Assembly: GCA_949500635.1 (NCBI GenBank) | Contig: CATAWQ010000001.1 | Location: 1-47,774 of the forward strand | DNA length: 47,774 nucleotides | Reading direction: 5' to 3' | From: an uncultured Mycoplasmatota bacterium | GTDB taxonomy: Bacteria; Bacillota_I; Bacilli_A; Mycoplasmatales; Mycoplasmoidaceae | Part shown: positions 22,023 through 32,961 of the stretch, in pieces | Layout of the letters: each line of letters opens with the position of its first letter | Numbering within the stretch: position 1 is the first letter of the stretch | Program-made: the position numbers and the translations under genes | Notes under the pieces: generated by a model | The model's input: only the letters and a program-made list of their open reading frames with translations | Told to the model about the DNA's origin: nothing | Database searches by the model: none

Positions 22023-22694
22023 TTATTTTCCTTTCTTTATGATATCTTTACGCATATTTTTTGTTTTTATTAACCTTTGTTTATTTCTAAATTTATCAAT
22101 CTTTTTATGATTACCTGACAATAATATGTCTGGTACTTTATGTCCTTCAAAATCTACTGGTTTTGTATAAATCGGATAATCTAGTAGATTGTTGGTGAAA
22201 GACTCAGATTGTAGTGAATCCTTAGAGATTACTCCTTCTAATGTTCTAGTAATTGAATCAACTAAAACCATTGCTGGAATCTCTCCTCCTGTAAGGATAT
22301 AATCACCAATTGAGATTATTTCATCAACATAATGAATAATTCTTTCGTCGAACCCCTCATAATGTCCAGCAATAATAATCAAATCTTTGTATTTAGCAAA
22401 TTGCTTCACTTTAACTTGATTGTATTGTTTACCTTGTGGCGACATCAATACAACATGTGAGTTTTTTGTTTTAATTTGTTTTAAACAATCAACTATTGGT
22501 TGTAATTTAAGTACCATTCCAGCACCACCACCATATTGGTAATCATCAACTTTTTTATGTTTATCTTTAGAAAAATCTCTAAAATTAATAATTTTAATCT
22601 TAACTTTTTTATCATGAATTGCACGACCTATTATTGAAGATTCAATAATGCCATTAAACATTTCAGGAAACAAAGTTAAAATTGTAATACGCAT
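22023..22694 (-). CDS. trmD: tRNA (guanine37-N1)-methyltransferase
   Basis: 223 aa. Motifs: TLFPEMF, DDYQYGGGAGMV, GHYEGFDERI. Confidence 0.95.
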   Translation of the reverse strand: MRITILTLFPEMFNGIIESSIIGRAIHDKKVKIKIINFRDFSKDKHKKVDDYQYGGGAGMVLKLQPIVDCLKQIKTKNSHVVLMSPQGKQYNQVKVKQFAKYKDLIIIAGHYEGFDERIIHYVDEIISIGDYILTGGEIPAMVLVDSITRTLEGVISKDSLQSESFTNNLLDYPIYTKPVDFEGHKVPDILLSGNHKKIDKFRNKQRLIKTKNMRKDIIKKGK

Positions 22695-22696
22695 TA

Positions 22697-23056
22697 CTAT
22701 TTTGCTTCAGTTTTTACCTCAGCAGTTTTTATAGCAACATCTTTTTTAGGTGCAGCTTTTTTAGATTTTTTTGATCTGCGGTGTTTTTTAACTTTTTTAG
22801 AATTTTTAGTTTTTAAAAATTCCCCTCAAATACCATTGCTCTTAAATAAATTAAGAATGGTGTCAGTTGGTTGAGCACCTTTAGATAAGAAATCTAAAGT
22901 TAATTGACTGTTAATAACAGTTTTACCTGAAAATGGTTCATATGTACCTAATATAGCAATAAAACCACCATCTCTTTTTGTTCTAGAATCAGTAGCTACT
23001 ATACGGTAAAATGGATCTTTATGTTTTCCAAGTCTTGTTAGTCTAATTTTTACCAA
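22697..23056 (-). CDS. rpsP: 30S ribosomal protein S16 with Lys-rich C-terminal extension
   Basis: TTG start at 23056 follows AGGAGG. The core is [22 protein letters not shown] 22826.. ends at a TGA, and reading through adds about 43 aa of Lys-rich tail up to a TAG at 22697 (119 aa). Confidence 0.85.
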
Positions 23057-23141
23057 ATTTATTTCCTCCTAATTTTTATGTGTAGAGTATTATATACAAA
23101 AAAATAAAACCATATTAAGTATTTTTACTTTATATGGTATT

Positions 23142-23411
23142 TTATTCTTTAGTAGTAATTATTGGTTTCTTATTTTTAATCAATTGAATAACCTTATAGA
23201 TTATGAATAAAACAATCAGAACCACTGCAATAAAGCCAAAAATTGATAATGTGCCTACTCCTATTGGATTTGCTGATCTTAATAAAAAACCTAATAATTG
23301 ATCTACTATTCCTAAAATAGAAAATAAAATAATTAACCCTACATATATAAAATACATAGTATTTTTAAACACAGGGTTTTTAACAAATTTAAAGATATTA
23401 GTTTTATTCAT
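23142..23411 (-). CDS. Small membrane protein, two predicted TM helices
   Basis: 89-aa ORF with two hydrophobic stretches. No recognisable family. Confidence 0.45.
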   Translation of the reverse strand: MNKTNIFKFVKNPVFKNTMYFIYVGLIILFSILGIVDQLLGFLLRSANPIGVGTLSIFGFIAVVLIVLFIIYKVIQLIKNKKPIITTKE

Positions 23412-23434
23412 ATAAATATTATAAAAATAATAAA

Positions 23435-24364
23435 CTACACATTGATATCTTTTAATTTGAATTCTTTATTATTTAAATAATTAAGAATAGATGCATTTGT
23501 TTTAAAGCAAAATTTAATTTTATATGCACATAAGTGTTGATAACCTTTGTTTTTTTTAACACTATCATTAGAATATTTTCGTTCACCTACTAATGGATGA
23601 CCAATAAAAGCCATATGAGCTCTTATTTGGTGAGTCTTACCGGTAATTAATTCAATTTCTAGCAAGCTCGTCTCCTTATTATGAGAAATGGTTTTATATT
23701 TAGTGATAATTTGTTTAGAATCTTTATTTAGAGGTTTCTTTGAAACCTTAACCATATTAGTTAGACTTTTTTTTGTTAAAAAACCTATAAGCTTGCCTTG
23801 TTTTGGGTCAACAATTCCATGAACTCTTGCATAATAAATTTTTTGAATTTCATGATTTTTCATTTTTTCATTAAGAATTCTTAATGCTTCTGCATTTTTA
23901 GCTGCTAAGACAATCCCGGATGTATTACGATCAATTCGGTTTACAAGACTTGGAATGAATGAATTTTCATTTTCATAATCTCATTCATTCTTTTTAATTA
24001 GATAATTTTTGATTCTATTTAATAATGTGTCAGGATTTTTTGTATCATCTTCATGAACAACTAATCCAACAGGTTTATTGACCAACAAAATGTTGTTATC
24101 TTCATAAATAATGTCAATTGGTTTATTTGTTAATAAATAATCTTTCTTATTATCATTTGATAATAAATCATCATTAATGTAAAGATCAATTTTATCATTA
24201 AATTGTAATTGATAGTTAATAACTGCTTTTTTGTTATTAACTTTAATTCTCTTAATTCTTAAGTATTTATAAATTTGAGTTAATGAAAGTTTAGGAAAAG
24301 CTTTTTTAACAAAATTATCTATTCTTTGATTAGCATCATTTTTATTAACTATAACAGATTTCAT
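23435..24364 (-). CDS. RluA-family 23S rRNA pseudouridine synthase
   Basis: ORFs 23435..23863 and 23981..24364 are in frame across TGA (309 aa). It has an S4-like N-terminus. Motifs: NRIDRNTSG, GKTHQIRAH. Confidence 0.85.
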
Positions 24365-24365
24365 T

Positions 24366-25121
24366 TTAATTAATTTTACTTAAAATTATTCCAGTAGCTA
24401 CTGCTACATTTAAAGATTCAACTTTGGGGTTTGTGTTTATATATATTGATTTATCACAAACTCTAATTTCTTTATGATTTAATCCATTACCTTCGTTTCC
24501 AAAAACAACTGCCATTCCTTTAGTTAACTTGACTTTATTAACATCAGTTGATTTTTCATTTAATGATGTGGCATAGACTTTGATGTGATTTTTTTGCAAT
24601 AAAGAAATTACATCAAAGTAATTGTAATAAATTGCAATTAGAGTAATACCAATATATCCCATGGCGCTTCTAATAGTTTCTGGATGAAACAAATCTACTG
24701 AATCATTAGTAATATAGATTCCATCAATATCAAATGCACACGCTGTCCTAATTATTGTTCCTAAATTACCAGGATTTTGAATTTTATTTAAAACTAAATA
24801 TTTACCATCAGGTTTAATTTGAATCTTATTTATTTTCTTTTCAAAAATTGCAATTGTTCCATCTGAATTTTTTAACAATGAAATAGACCTTAATATTTGA
24901 TTGCTAATCAATCATGCATTAGGTAATGACTTGAAGTCATTTAAATACTTGGAATCACGAGTAATTAATAAATAATTTAATTTATATCCTTGGGAAATAA
25001 TATTTTTAATTACTTTTGTTGATTCACAAATAAACATGTTCGAACTATCTCGATATTTTTTATCAGAAATTAATTTTTTAGCAAATTTAGCAAGCTTGCT
25101 GCTAACTATTTTTAACGTCAT
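24366..25121 (-). CDS. TrmH/SpoU-family RNA 2'-O-methyltransferase
   Basis: ORFs 24366..24911 and 24912.. are in frame across TGA. I place the start at ATG 25121 (MTLKIV...) because the longer ORF would overlap tRNA-Ser. Motifs: NPGNLGTIIRTA, VFGNEGNGL, SLNVAVATGI. Confidence 0.8.
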
Positions 25122-25173
25122 ATAAACAATAATATTATAAGTACATATTTTTTTTATAATAATATTAACTTTT

Positions 25174-25262
25174 GGAGACGTACTCAAGTGGTTAAGAGGA
25201 CACCCTGCTAAGGTGTTAGATCGTTCTACGGTGCATGGGTTCGAGTCCCATCGTCTCCGCCA
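25174..25262 (+). tRNA. tRNA-Ser (anticodon GCU)
   Basis: The acceptor ggagacg pairs with cgtctcc, followed by G and an encoded CCA. The anticodon stem is acacc/ggtgt with loop ctGCTaa. It has a long variable arm and a T-arm ggttcgagtcc. Confidence 0.9.
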
Positions 25263-25273
25263 TTAATAAAAAC

Positions 25274-25304
25274 AAATGCAAGAGTCATTCTTGCATTTTT
25301 TATT
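25274..25304. terminator. Bidirectional intrinsic terminator (tRNA-Ser on +, pepP on -)
   Basis: A 10-bp stem pairs aaatgcaaga with tcttgcattt around a 5-nt loop, with T runs on both strands. Confidence 0.6.
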
Positions 25305-26358
25305 TGCCAGCTTTAGCTGTTAATATTTCAGCGCCTTTTTCGGTAACCAAGATTGAATCTTCAATTCTAACCCCACCAAACCCTGGTTCATATATTCCTG
25401 GTTCGATAGTTATTATAGAATTATTTAAAATAGGCTTATTGTATGTTTGTTTAACATTTGGTAATTCATGAATTTCGATACCAACTCCGTGTCCAGTTCC
25501 ATGACAGAATAGATCTGCATATTTTTTATTTGTAGAGATACAATCTCTACATACTGAATCTAGTTTACTTCCTAATATACCTGCTTTTGCTGCAGCAATA
25601 CCTTTTTTATTAGCTTCTAAAACAAGGTTGTACATTTCTAACATTTTATTAGAAGGATTACCTAATCAAAATGTTCTTGTGATATCTGAACAATATCCTT
25701 TGTAAACACAACCAATATCACAAGTGATAAATTCACCCTTTTTAAGGATTCTATTAGTAGATTGATGGTGAGGATTAGCAGTATTTTCACCAAAAGCAAC
25801 AATCAAATCAAAACTGGTAGCTGTTGCTCCTTCTGCTATCATCTTAATAGTCAACATTTGTTTAACTGATAGCTCAGTCATTCCTGGTTTAATATTTTTT
25901 TTAATAAAATTAATTGCTTTGACAGCAATCTTCATTGACTTTCGTATAAGAGCGATTTCTTCGTCTGTTTTTTGTGCTCTTAAAATCATTGTATCAGTAG
26001 CAATTAATTTTACTTTCAATGGTTTTAACACATTGTTAAAATCAATATAAGAAATATAATCTTTTTCAAACATCAATGTTTTAATATTAAGCTGCTTAAT
26101 TAATTTGTTTAAATCACCTGGTTTTTCATATAAAACACATTTAATGCTTTTTAATTGACTTTTACAACATTCATAGTCACGTGCATCAATTAAATAATAT
26201 GTATTATTTTTAGTTACAATGACATAACCAAAAGTAGTATTTACTCCAGTAATTCAAAATCTATTATAAGTGGAAATAAAAATAAAACCATCGGCTTTAT
26301 TTTTATTTAATAACTCTAAAACTTTAGTTTCTTTGTAAGAAAGAGAACTAGCGTTCAT
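25300..26358 (-). CDS. pepP: Xaa-Pro aminopeptidase (M24 family)
   Basis: ORFs 25300..25644 and 25666..26076 plus the N-terminal part are in frame across TGA (352 aa). Motifs: DIGCVYKGYCSDITRTF, HGTGHGVGIEIHE, IEPGIY, GGVRIED. Confidence 0.85.
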
Positions 26359-26519
26359 TACTTAGCCTTAGTTTCCTTGTGAAGAGTAGTTTTTCTGCAA
26401 TGTTTGCAAAATTTCTTAAGTTCTAATTTTTCTGGTGTAGACTTAGGATTACGGTATGTCAAATAATTAATATGCTTGCATACAGTACATTCAAGTCTTA
26501 CTTGTCTTTTAACTGCCAT
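26358..26519 (-). CDS. rpmG: 50S ribosomal protein L33
   Basis: A 53-aa ORF absent from the track: MAVKRQVRLECTVCKHINYLTYRNPKSTPEKLELKKFCKHCRKTTLHKETKAK. It shows the Cys-pair pattern of L33. Confidence 0.85.
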   Translation of the reverse strand: MAVKRQVRLECTVCKHINYLTYRNPKSTPEKLELKKFCKHCRKTTLHKETKAK

Positions 26520-26603
26520 AATTTGTTTTATTACTTAAAATATTATAAACATATTTTACATTTTATATTTTATAAATATAATAGACACATAAGAAAGGAA
26601 TTA

Positions 26604-26645
26604 ATGTATGGACCTGTGGAGTTGCATTTATATATTGATAGATAG
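26604..26645 (+). promoter_or_regulatory. Candidate 13-codon leader ORF in the mgtA 5' leader
   Basis: AAAGGA lies at 26594-26599, then ATG at 26604. The peptide is MYGPVELHLYIDR with a TAG at 26643. The stop overlaps hairpin atagatag/ctatctat (26638-26667). A second hairpin, tctttc/gaaaga (26692-26713), ends 3 nt before the mgtA ATG. Confidence 0.3.
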
Positions 26646-26715
26646 TTCATTCGTTAATTCTATCTATTAATTTAAATTGTAAATCTCATGGTCTTTCTAT
26701 ACAAAAAGAAAGATT

Positions 26716-29373
26716 ATGAAAAAACAAAGAAATAGAAGTTTTAAAAAACCTACAATCTCTCAAACTTACAACAAAAAGTTGTTAGAGTTTTCCAGTCAAT
26801 CTATTGACAAAACTATAAAACAACTAAATTCTAGTAATACGGGTTTGACACAAAAACAAGTAGAGGAGAATTTAGATAAACTAGGTAACAATTCTGTTGT
26901 TGCAAAACAAAAATTTCAAAAAACAAAAATATTACTTTCTGCGATCTTTACTCCTTTTTCTATTGTATTAATGGTTATTGCATTATTAAATATTGTAATA
27001 CCCGGACCTAATCATACAATTAGTAGAGACAGTTGAATTTGCTTTGGTATCATCATAGGAATGGTATTAATTTCTTCTGGAATTAGATTCTTTCAAGAGA
27101 TTAGAAGTTTTAATTCATCCGAAAAACTTAAAAAGATGATTACAACTACAACTGCTGTTGAAAGAGAAGGAATTAAAAAAGAAATTCCAATTGAAGATGT
27201 ATGTGTAGGTGATATCATTCATTTAGCAGCTGGAGATATGATTCCTGCTGATCTTAAAATCATTAACGCTAAAGACTTATTCGTTTCTCAAGGGGCATTA
27301 ACTGGTGAATCTGAACCCATCGAAAAATTTGCTACCAATAATTTAGATTCTGAACAAGCTTTAGATCGAAGTAATTTATGTTTTATGGGTACAACAGTAT
27401 CAAGTGGTACTGCTAAAGGAATAGTAATATCAATTGGGCAAGGAACATATTTTGGTAAAGTAGCTAAAAGTATCCAAAACAAAAAACCTAAAACCAATTT
27501 TGACAAAGGTATTAGATCAGTAAGTACTTTATTGATCTTCACCATGCTAGTATTAGCATTAATAATTTTTATTTTAAGTGGCACTATTGTTAATAAAAAC
27601 GGGTGAGTAGAAGCTCTTGAATTCACATTGGCAGTTGCAGTTGGTATTACTCCTGAAATGCTCCCAATGATTGTTACAGTTAACTTAGCTAAAGAATCAT
27701 TTAAATTATCTAAGCAAAAAATTATTGTAAAAAAAATAAATGCTATTCAATCATTCGGAGCAATGGATGTCTTATGTACTGATAAAACTGGAACATTAAC
27801 AGAAGATAGAATTGTTCTTGAACGTCATATTAATTTAAATGGTAAAGAAGACAATCGAGTACTAGTTTATGGTTTTTTAAATAGTTATTACCAAACTGGT
27901 TTAAAAAATCTATTAGACTTAGCAATTATTAGTAAGGCTAATGAATCTGGGTTAAATGAGGAAGTACTAAATTTTAAAAAGATTGATGAAATTCCATTTG
28001 ACTTTCAAAGAAGAAGAATGAGCGTTGTCTTACAAGACAAAGCGGGAGAAACTCAATTGGTAACAAAAGGTGCTATTGAAGAAATTGTTTCTGTATGCTC
28101 ATATGCTGAAATTAATGGAGAACGTAAACCATTAGATGATAAATTAAAAATAAAAATTAAAGAAACTATTAATGATTTATCAGAGGAAGGTATGAGAGTA
28201 ATAGCTATTGCCATTAATAATCAAAAATTTAGTAAGAAAGATGGTTTTAATGTAGGTGATGAAAAGAATTTGTGTTTAATTGGTTATATCGCATTATTAG
28301 ATCCGCCTAAAATGTCTGCATCTGGTGCTATTAAGGCAATGCAAAACAGAGGTACAAAGGTTAAAGTATTAACTGGTGATAATGAATTGATTACAAAATA
28401 TATATGTAAAAAAGTTGGGATTAAAGTTGACAAAATTTTATTAGGTTCAGATATTGAAAATATGAGTGATGATGAATTAAAAAACATTGTAATGGATGTC
28501 AATGTTTTTGCTAAATTATCTCCTGAGCAAAAAGAACGTGTAGTACTAGCTATTAAATCTAAAAAACATATTGTTGGATTTATGGGGGACGGTATTAATG
28601 ATGCTCCTGCTATGAGAGCAGCAGACATTGCAATATCTGTTGATACTGCAGTTGATATTGCGAAAGAGTGTGCAGATATTGTTCTATTAGAAAAGAATCT
28701 TATGGTTCTTGAAAATGGGATCATTGAAGGTAGGAAAACATTTGCCAACATTATTAAATACATTAAGATGACAGTTTCGAGCAACTTTGGAAATGTATTA
28801 AGCATGTTAATTGCTACTATTTGATTAAGATTTGAGCCAATGCAATCAATCCAAATTTTAATTCTTAATATGATTTCTGACTTCTGTCAATTCGCTTTAC
28901 CATGAGATCATGTGGATAAAGAGTATTTTGAAAAACCACAAAACTGAAATGCTATAAGTATTTTAAAGTTTATGTTATTTATAGGTCCAATTAGCACCAT
29001 ATTTGACATAACAACATTCGCCATCATGAGATATGGATTAAATTGAGGTGGAAGTCAAGAAACACTTAGTTTATTCCAAACCGGTTGATTCTTAGTTAGT
29101 TTGTTAACTCAAATGGGAGTTGTTCTTGTGTTAAGAACAAGTAAAATTCCATTATTTCAATCAAGACCAAGTTTGCCAATCACATTATCAATTACATGCT
29201 TAACATTAATTGGAATAATGTTTGTAATAATTCCAAACCTTAACTTTGGAGGTTTCTCTTCATTATCTCAATATTGTCCAGAGATGATTGGTTATGCACT
29301 AGCTATTTCTTTCGGTTATTGCTGTGCAGCACAATTAGGAAAAAGTTTCTACAAGAAAGCTTTCCATGAGTGA
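26716..29373 (+). CDS. mgtA: Magnesium-translocating P-type ATPase
   Basis: Four track ORFs (26716, 27061, 27628, 29101) share one frame. I checked the gaps and found only TGA (885 aa). Motifs: TGESEP, CTDKTGTLT, GDGINDAPAM. Confidence 0.9.
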
Positions 29374-29656
29374 TTATAATAACTATATGAAATACAGTTA
29401 CACCCCTAAAGGAGTTTGTTCAACACAATTTGATTTTAATATTGAAAATAATATCATTCAGTCATGCAAGATTACTAATGGTTGTCCTGGTAATACATTG
29501 GCTGTTAGTAAATTAGTTATTGGTAAATCAATTGATGAAGTAATTAATATTCTTAAAGGTATTGACTGCAGAGGCAGAGGAACAAGTTGTCCTGACCAAA
29601 TTGCTAAAGCATTAATTGAATATAAAAATAATAAAATCCTCTCAAAGAGGATTTAA
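29366..29656 (+). CDS. TSCPD-domain small protein
   Basis: 96 aa, overlapping the mgtA end by 8 nt. Motifs: GCPGN, GRGTSCPDQIAKAL. Confidence 0.7.
   Translation: MSDYNNYMKYSYTPKGVCSTQFDFNIENNIIQSCKITNGCPGNTLAVSKLVIGKSIDEVINILKGIDCRGRGTSCPDQIAKALIEYKNNKILSKRI
29634..29654 (-). terminator. Intrinsic terminator for rpsU embedded in the 3' end of the convergent TSCPD gene
   Basis: A 9-bp stem pairs aaatcctct with agaggattt around a 3-nt loop. On the minus strand it is followed by ttattatttttat. Confidence 0.45.
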
Positions 29657-29830
29657 TTAGTATTTACGTTTATTGTATCTTGCAGCTTCTTTAGATTTTT
29701 CTTTAGCTCTAAGACCTGGACGTAAGTAATATTCGTGTTTACGTGCGGTTCTTCTAGTTTCACTAGTAATACGACTAAATTTCTTTAGTGCATCATTTAA
29801 TTCACCGTCTTTAACTACTACTTTAGACAT
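29657..29830 (-). CDS. rpsU: 30S ribosomal protein S21
   Basis: A 57-aa ORF absent from the track: MSKVVVKDGELNDALKKFSRITSETRRTARKHEYYLRPGLRAKEKSKEAARYNKRKY. A GGTGG RBS lies upstream. Confidence 0.9.
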   Translation of the reverse strand: MSKVVVKDGELNDALKKFSRITSETRRTARKHEYYLRPGLRAKEKSKEAARYNKRKY

Positions 29831-29879
29831 CTTGTTGTTTTCACCACCTTTAATATTTGTAAGTAATTATATATAAAAT

Positions 29880-31295
29880 TTATTTTTTTAATAACTCTTT
29901 TAGTATCTTCATTGACACAACTGGGTTAGCTTGTCCATGAGTCTCTTTCATTAATTGACCAATAAAAAATTTTTCTGCACGTTCAGGACGTTCATTGTAT
30001 TGTTGAACCATTTTAGAATTATTTTGAATAATTTTATTCAAAATATCAGTAATTATATTGTGATCAGTAATTTGCTTAAATCCTAATTCTTCAATTAAAT
30101 TTCTTGGTTTTTTGTTTTCCAAAATAATCTTTTCAAAAATTGTTTTAGCTTGTTTACCATTTATTTCGCCTTTATCAATTAATAAAATCATTTCGATAAT
30201 TGAATCTGTTTGTTCGCTAGAAATTATTTTTAATGATTTAGCTTCTTTTTTTAGAATAGCAACTAATTCAATTACGATTCATGTAATTGCTTGTGTAGGA
30301 TTGTTAGAATCTATTGTTACCTTATTAAAAATTTTGTAGAGATCATAATCATCAAGTAATAAATTTATTAAAGAAGGATTAATATTTAAATCTTCAAGTT
30401 CTTTTTTAATAACACTCGGATATTTATTAATCGAACCAATTGCATTATTAACAAAATCAGTTGTTAATAGAATGTGAATAATGTTAGGCTCAGTAAAGTA
30501 TGAATATTCAATTGCGTTTGTTTTAGCACGCATAAAAACAGTTGTTTTTGTTGTATCATCTCATCTGCGTGTTTCTTGTTCTATTTTATTACCAGTTAAC
30601 AACAATTCAGACTGACGATCAATTTCATAATCAATTGCTTTCATGATGTTATTGAATGAATTGATGTTTTTAATTTCAACTTTAGTACCTAATTTGTCAA
30701 AACCTCTTGGAGCAATAGAAATATTAATATCTGCTCTCATTGAACCATCTTCCATTTTAGCGTCAGAGATATCTAAGAAAGAAACTATTCTCCTTAAATT
30801 ATTTAAATATTCATATGCTTCAACTGCAGAATGAATATCAGGACGAGATACAACCTCAATTAAAGGAACACCAGCACGGTTATAATCCAAACAAAGTTTA
30901 TCTCCTAACATTATTTGCTTTGCAGTATCTTCTTCTATGTGAATTCTTTCTACACCAATTGATTTATTAGAAATATCAATTTTACCATTTTGTCCAATAG
31001 GATAAAATTGTTGTGTAATTTGATATCCCTTAGGTAAGTCTTGATAAAAATAATTTTTTCTATCAAATCTTACGTTTTGATCAATCTTCATATTTAATGC
31101 AGTCGCTAATCTAATTGCTTTTACAACAGCATTTTCATTAACTGAAGGCATTACACCTGGTAACGCTAAATCAATTTCATTGATGTTAGTATTAATCTGA
31201 TCATTGTGATTATTTTTACTAGGAGAAAACATTTTACTCTTAGTATTAAGTGCAATATGCACTTCAATACCTATTGTTGGTAAAAAATTATTCAT
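29880..31295 (-). CDS. gatB: Asp/Glu-tRNA amidotransferase subunit B
   Basis: Three track ORFs are in frame across TGA (471 aa). Motifs: [29 protein letters not shown]. Confidence 0.95.
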
Positions 31296-32688
31296 ATTTT
31301 TCTCCTAATATTCCTTCAATTGTATAAGCTATGTCAAACATCTTTTGATCTTGTTTTTGTTTACAATTAATATTTATTCCATAAGGCATATTATCGAATT
31401 TACCACAAGGAATAGTAATTGATGGCAAACCTGCAAAATTTCCTAATATTAAACAATCATCAGCATGAGTACAATGACATAAATCTTTTTTAATAGACTC
31501 AATTTTCGGGGCAATAGATGAAGCAGACGGAATTAATAATCCATCTACATCATCTAATAAACTATTAACTAAGTTAATGAGTAATGTTCTCACTTTTTTG
31601 GCATGAATATAAACTGACTCAAAATTAGTATCGCTTGTTACATATGCACCCATGATAAAGCGTTTCTTAACTTGTTTATTAAAAAAAGTATTACGATTAT
31701 TAAATACAATAGATTCATAATTATCACCACCAACATTTTCACCAAATGGAATCCCGGTAAATGATCCATAACAACTCAAACCTTCGACGTTACTTATCAC
31801 TTGATAAACTACACCTATTGAATCTAATAAAGAAAAATCAGTAGATTTTTCTACAATTGTGTGTCCAGCTTTCTTTATCTTATCTAAGGCATTTAAATAA
31901 AGTTTTCTCTCATTAGGAGCGATAGCATCTTCTATTCCTCTAATGATAGCAATTTTCATATTTTTTAATTCTTTTAAATTATCAAAAAAATCGTGTTCTA
32001 ATTTTTGACTTGTATAATCTTTTGGATCAAATTGACAAATTTGATCAGCTACAAGAGCACAATCAGAAACTTTTTTAGCAATTACACCCACATGATCAAG
32101 ACTTGGAGCATATGGTAAAACACCATAACGTGAAACTAAACCGTAACTTGGTTTATATCCAACAACCCCTAAAAATGAAGCGGGTCTTCTAATAGAATCA
32201 CCAGTGTCACTACCAATTGCGAAATCTACCACACCAATAGCCACTAAATTTACGCTTCCTGATGAACTACCACCTGAAATTCTAGAAAGATCTAAAACAT
32301 TAGATACTTCACCATAAGAAGACTCTAACCCAGTCCCTGCCATTGCAAACTGGTCTAGATTAGATTTTGAAGTTAAAATAGCATTTGACTTTTGTAATAA
32401 CTCATATAGCGTAGCACTATATGGAGGAATATAGTGCTCTAGCATCTTACTAGCACCCGTAGTTCTAATTCCTTTTGTTGATACATTATCTTTCAATGTA
32501 TAAAAACAAGCACTTAATGGATTATCAGTTAATTTAAATTTTTTTAAATTAACATTAATAGGGGTAATAATAGAATTAGTCTCTTTAATACTTTCTACTT
32601 TGCTAAGGTAAGATTGATATAATTCGGAAATATTAACTTTTCCAGATTTCAGATCTTGATATTTTTTGATTATTAAAGAGCGTTTCAT
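31288..32688 (-). CDS. gatA: Asp/Glu-tRNA amidotransferase subunit A (amidase)
   Basis: 466 aa with the amidase signature [12 protein letters not shown]...[13 protein letters not shown]. Confidence 0.95.
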   Translation of the reverse strand: MKRSLIIKKYQDLKSGKVNISELYQSYLSKVESIKETNSIITPINVNLKKFKLTDNPLSACFYTLKDNVSTKGIRTTGASKMLEHYIPPYSATLYELLQKSNAILTSKSNLDQFAMAGTGLESSYGEVSNVLDLSRISGGSSSGSVNLVAIGVVDFAIGSDTGDSIRRPASFLGVVGYKPSYGLVSRYGVLPYAPSLDHVGVIAKKVSDCALVADQICQFDPKDYTSQKLEHDFFDNLKELKNMKIAIIRGIEDAIAPNERKLYLNALDKIKKAGHTIVEKSTDFSLLDSIGVVYQVISNVEGLSCYGSFTGIPFGENVGGDNYESIVFNNRNTFFNKQVKKRFIMGAYVTSDTNFESVYIHAKKVRTLLINLVNSLLDDVDGLLIPSASSIAPKIESIKKDLCHCTHADDCLILGNFAGLPSITIPCGKFDNMPYGININCKQKQDQKMFDIAYTIEGILGEKYE

Positions 32689-32960
32689 TATTTTACAGTG
32701 ATATATTTTTCTAATTTATTTTTAGCATTTTTAGTAAATTCTTCTGGATGATCCACATTTACTGGTTCATCCTTTCTTAATGTATTGCATGAAACATCAA
32801 CACAATAATGTGTCTGATGTGTATTAGATACATTAATAGTTTGCATTTTTTCTAAATTTTTAAGAAATCTTGAAAAATCCTTAGCAAGAACTTCTGCTTG
32901 TTCTTCATCAAGATCAAATTTATATTTTCTAGCAATTTGTTTTAATTGTTCTTTAGTCAT
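32688..32960 (-). CDS. gatC: Asp/Glu-tRNA amidotransferase subunit C
   Basis: Start placed at ATG 32960 (MTKEQLKQIARKY...). The longer track ORF would overlap the upstream gene, whose stop is at 32962. 90 aa. Confidence 0.75.
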   Translation of the reverse strand: MTKEQLKQIARKYKFDLDEEQAEVLAKDFSRFLKNLEKMQTINVSNTHQTHYCVDVSCNTLRKDEPVNVDHPEEFTKNAKNKLEKYITVK

Positions 32961-32961
32961 G

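Noticed and set aside
25122-25187. N-terminal extension of the TrmH-family ORF (MSTSPKVNIIIKKICTYNIIVY)
   Set aside because: It would overlap tRNA-Ser on the opposite strand. The internal ATG at 25121 gives a normal-length protein.
26520-26715. M-box (ykoK) magnesium riboswitch upstream of mgtA
   Set aside because: The leader is under 200 nt and extremely AT-rich. I cannot find the conserved GC-containing helices of the M-box. It is reported instead as a uORF/hairpin candidate that needs covariance-model testing.
28284-28805. 173-aa ORF on the minus strand
   Set aside because: It lies entirely antisense to the highly conserved P-type ATPase core of mgtA (GDGINDAPAM region). It is a low-complexity mirror ORF, as expected in AT-rich DNA. 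The same reasoning applies to antisense ORFs 27288..27626, 8455..8640, 8483..8698, 8872..9171, 10225..10458, 16042..16338, 16975..17274, 17087..17335, 17313..17498, 30112..30339, 30643..30834, 42348..42551, 42558..42818 and 44388..44690.
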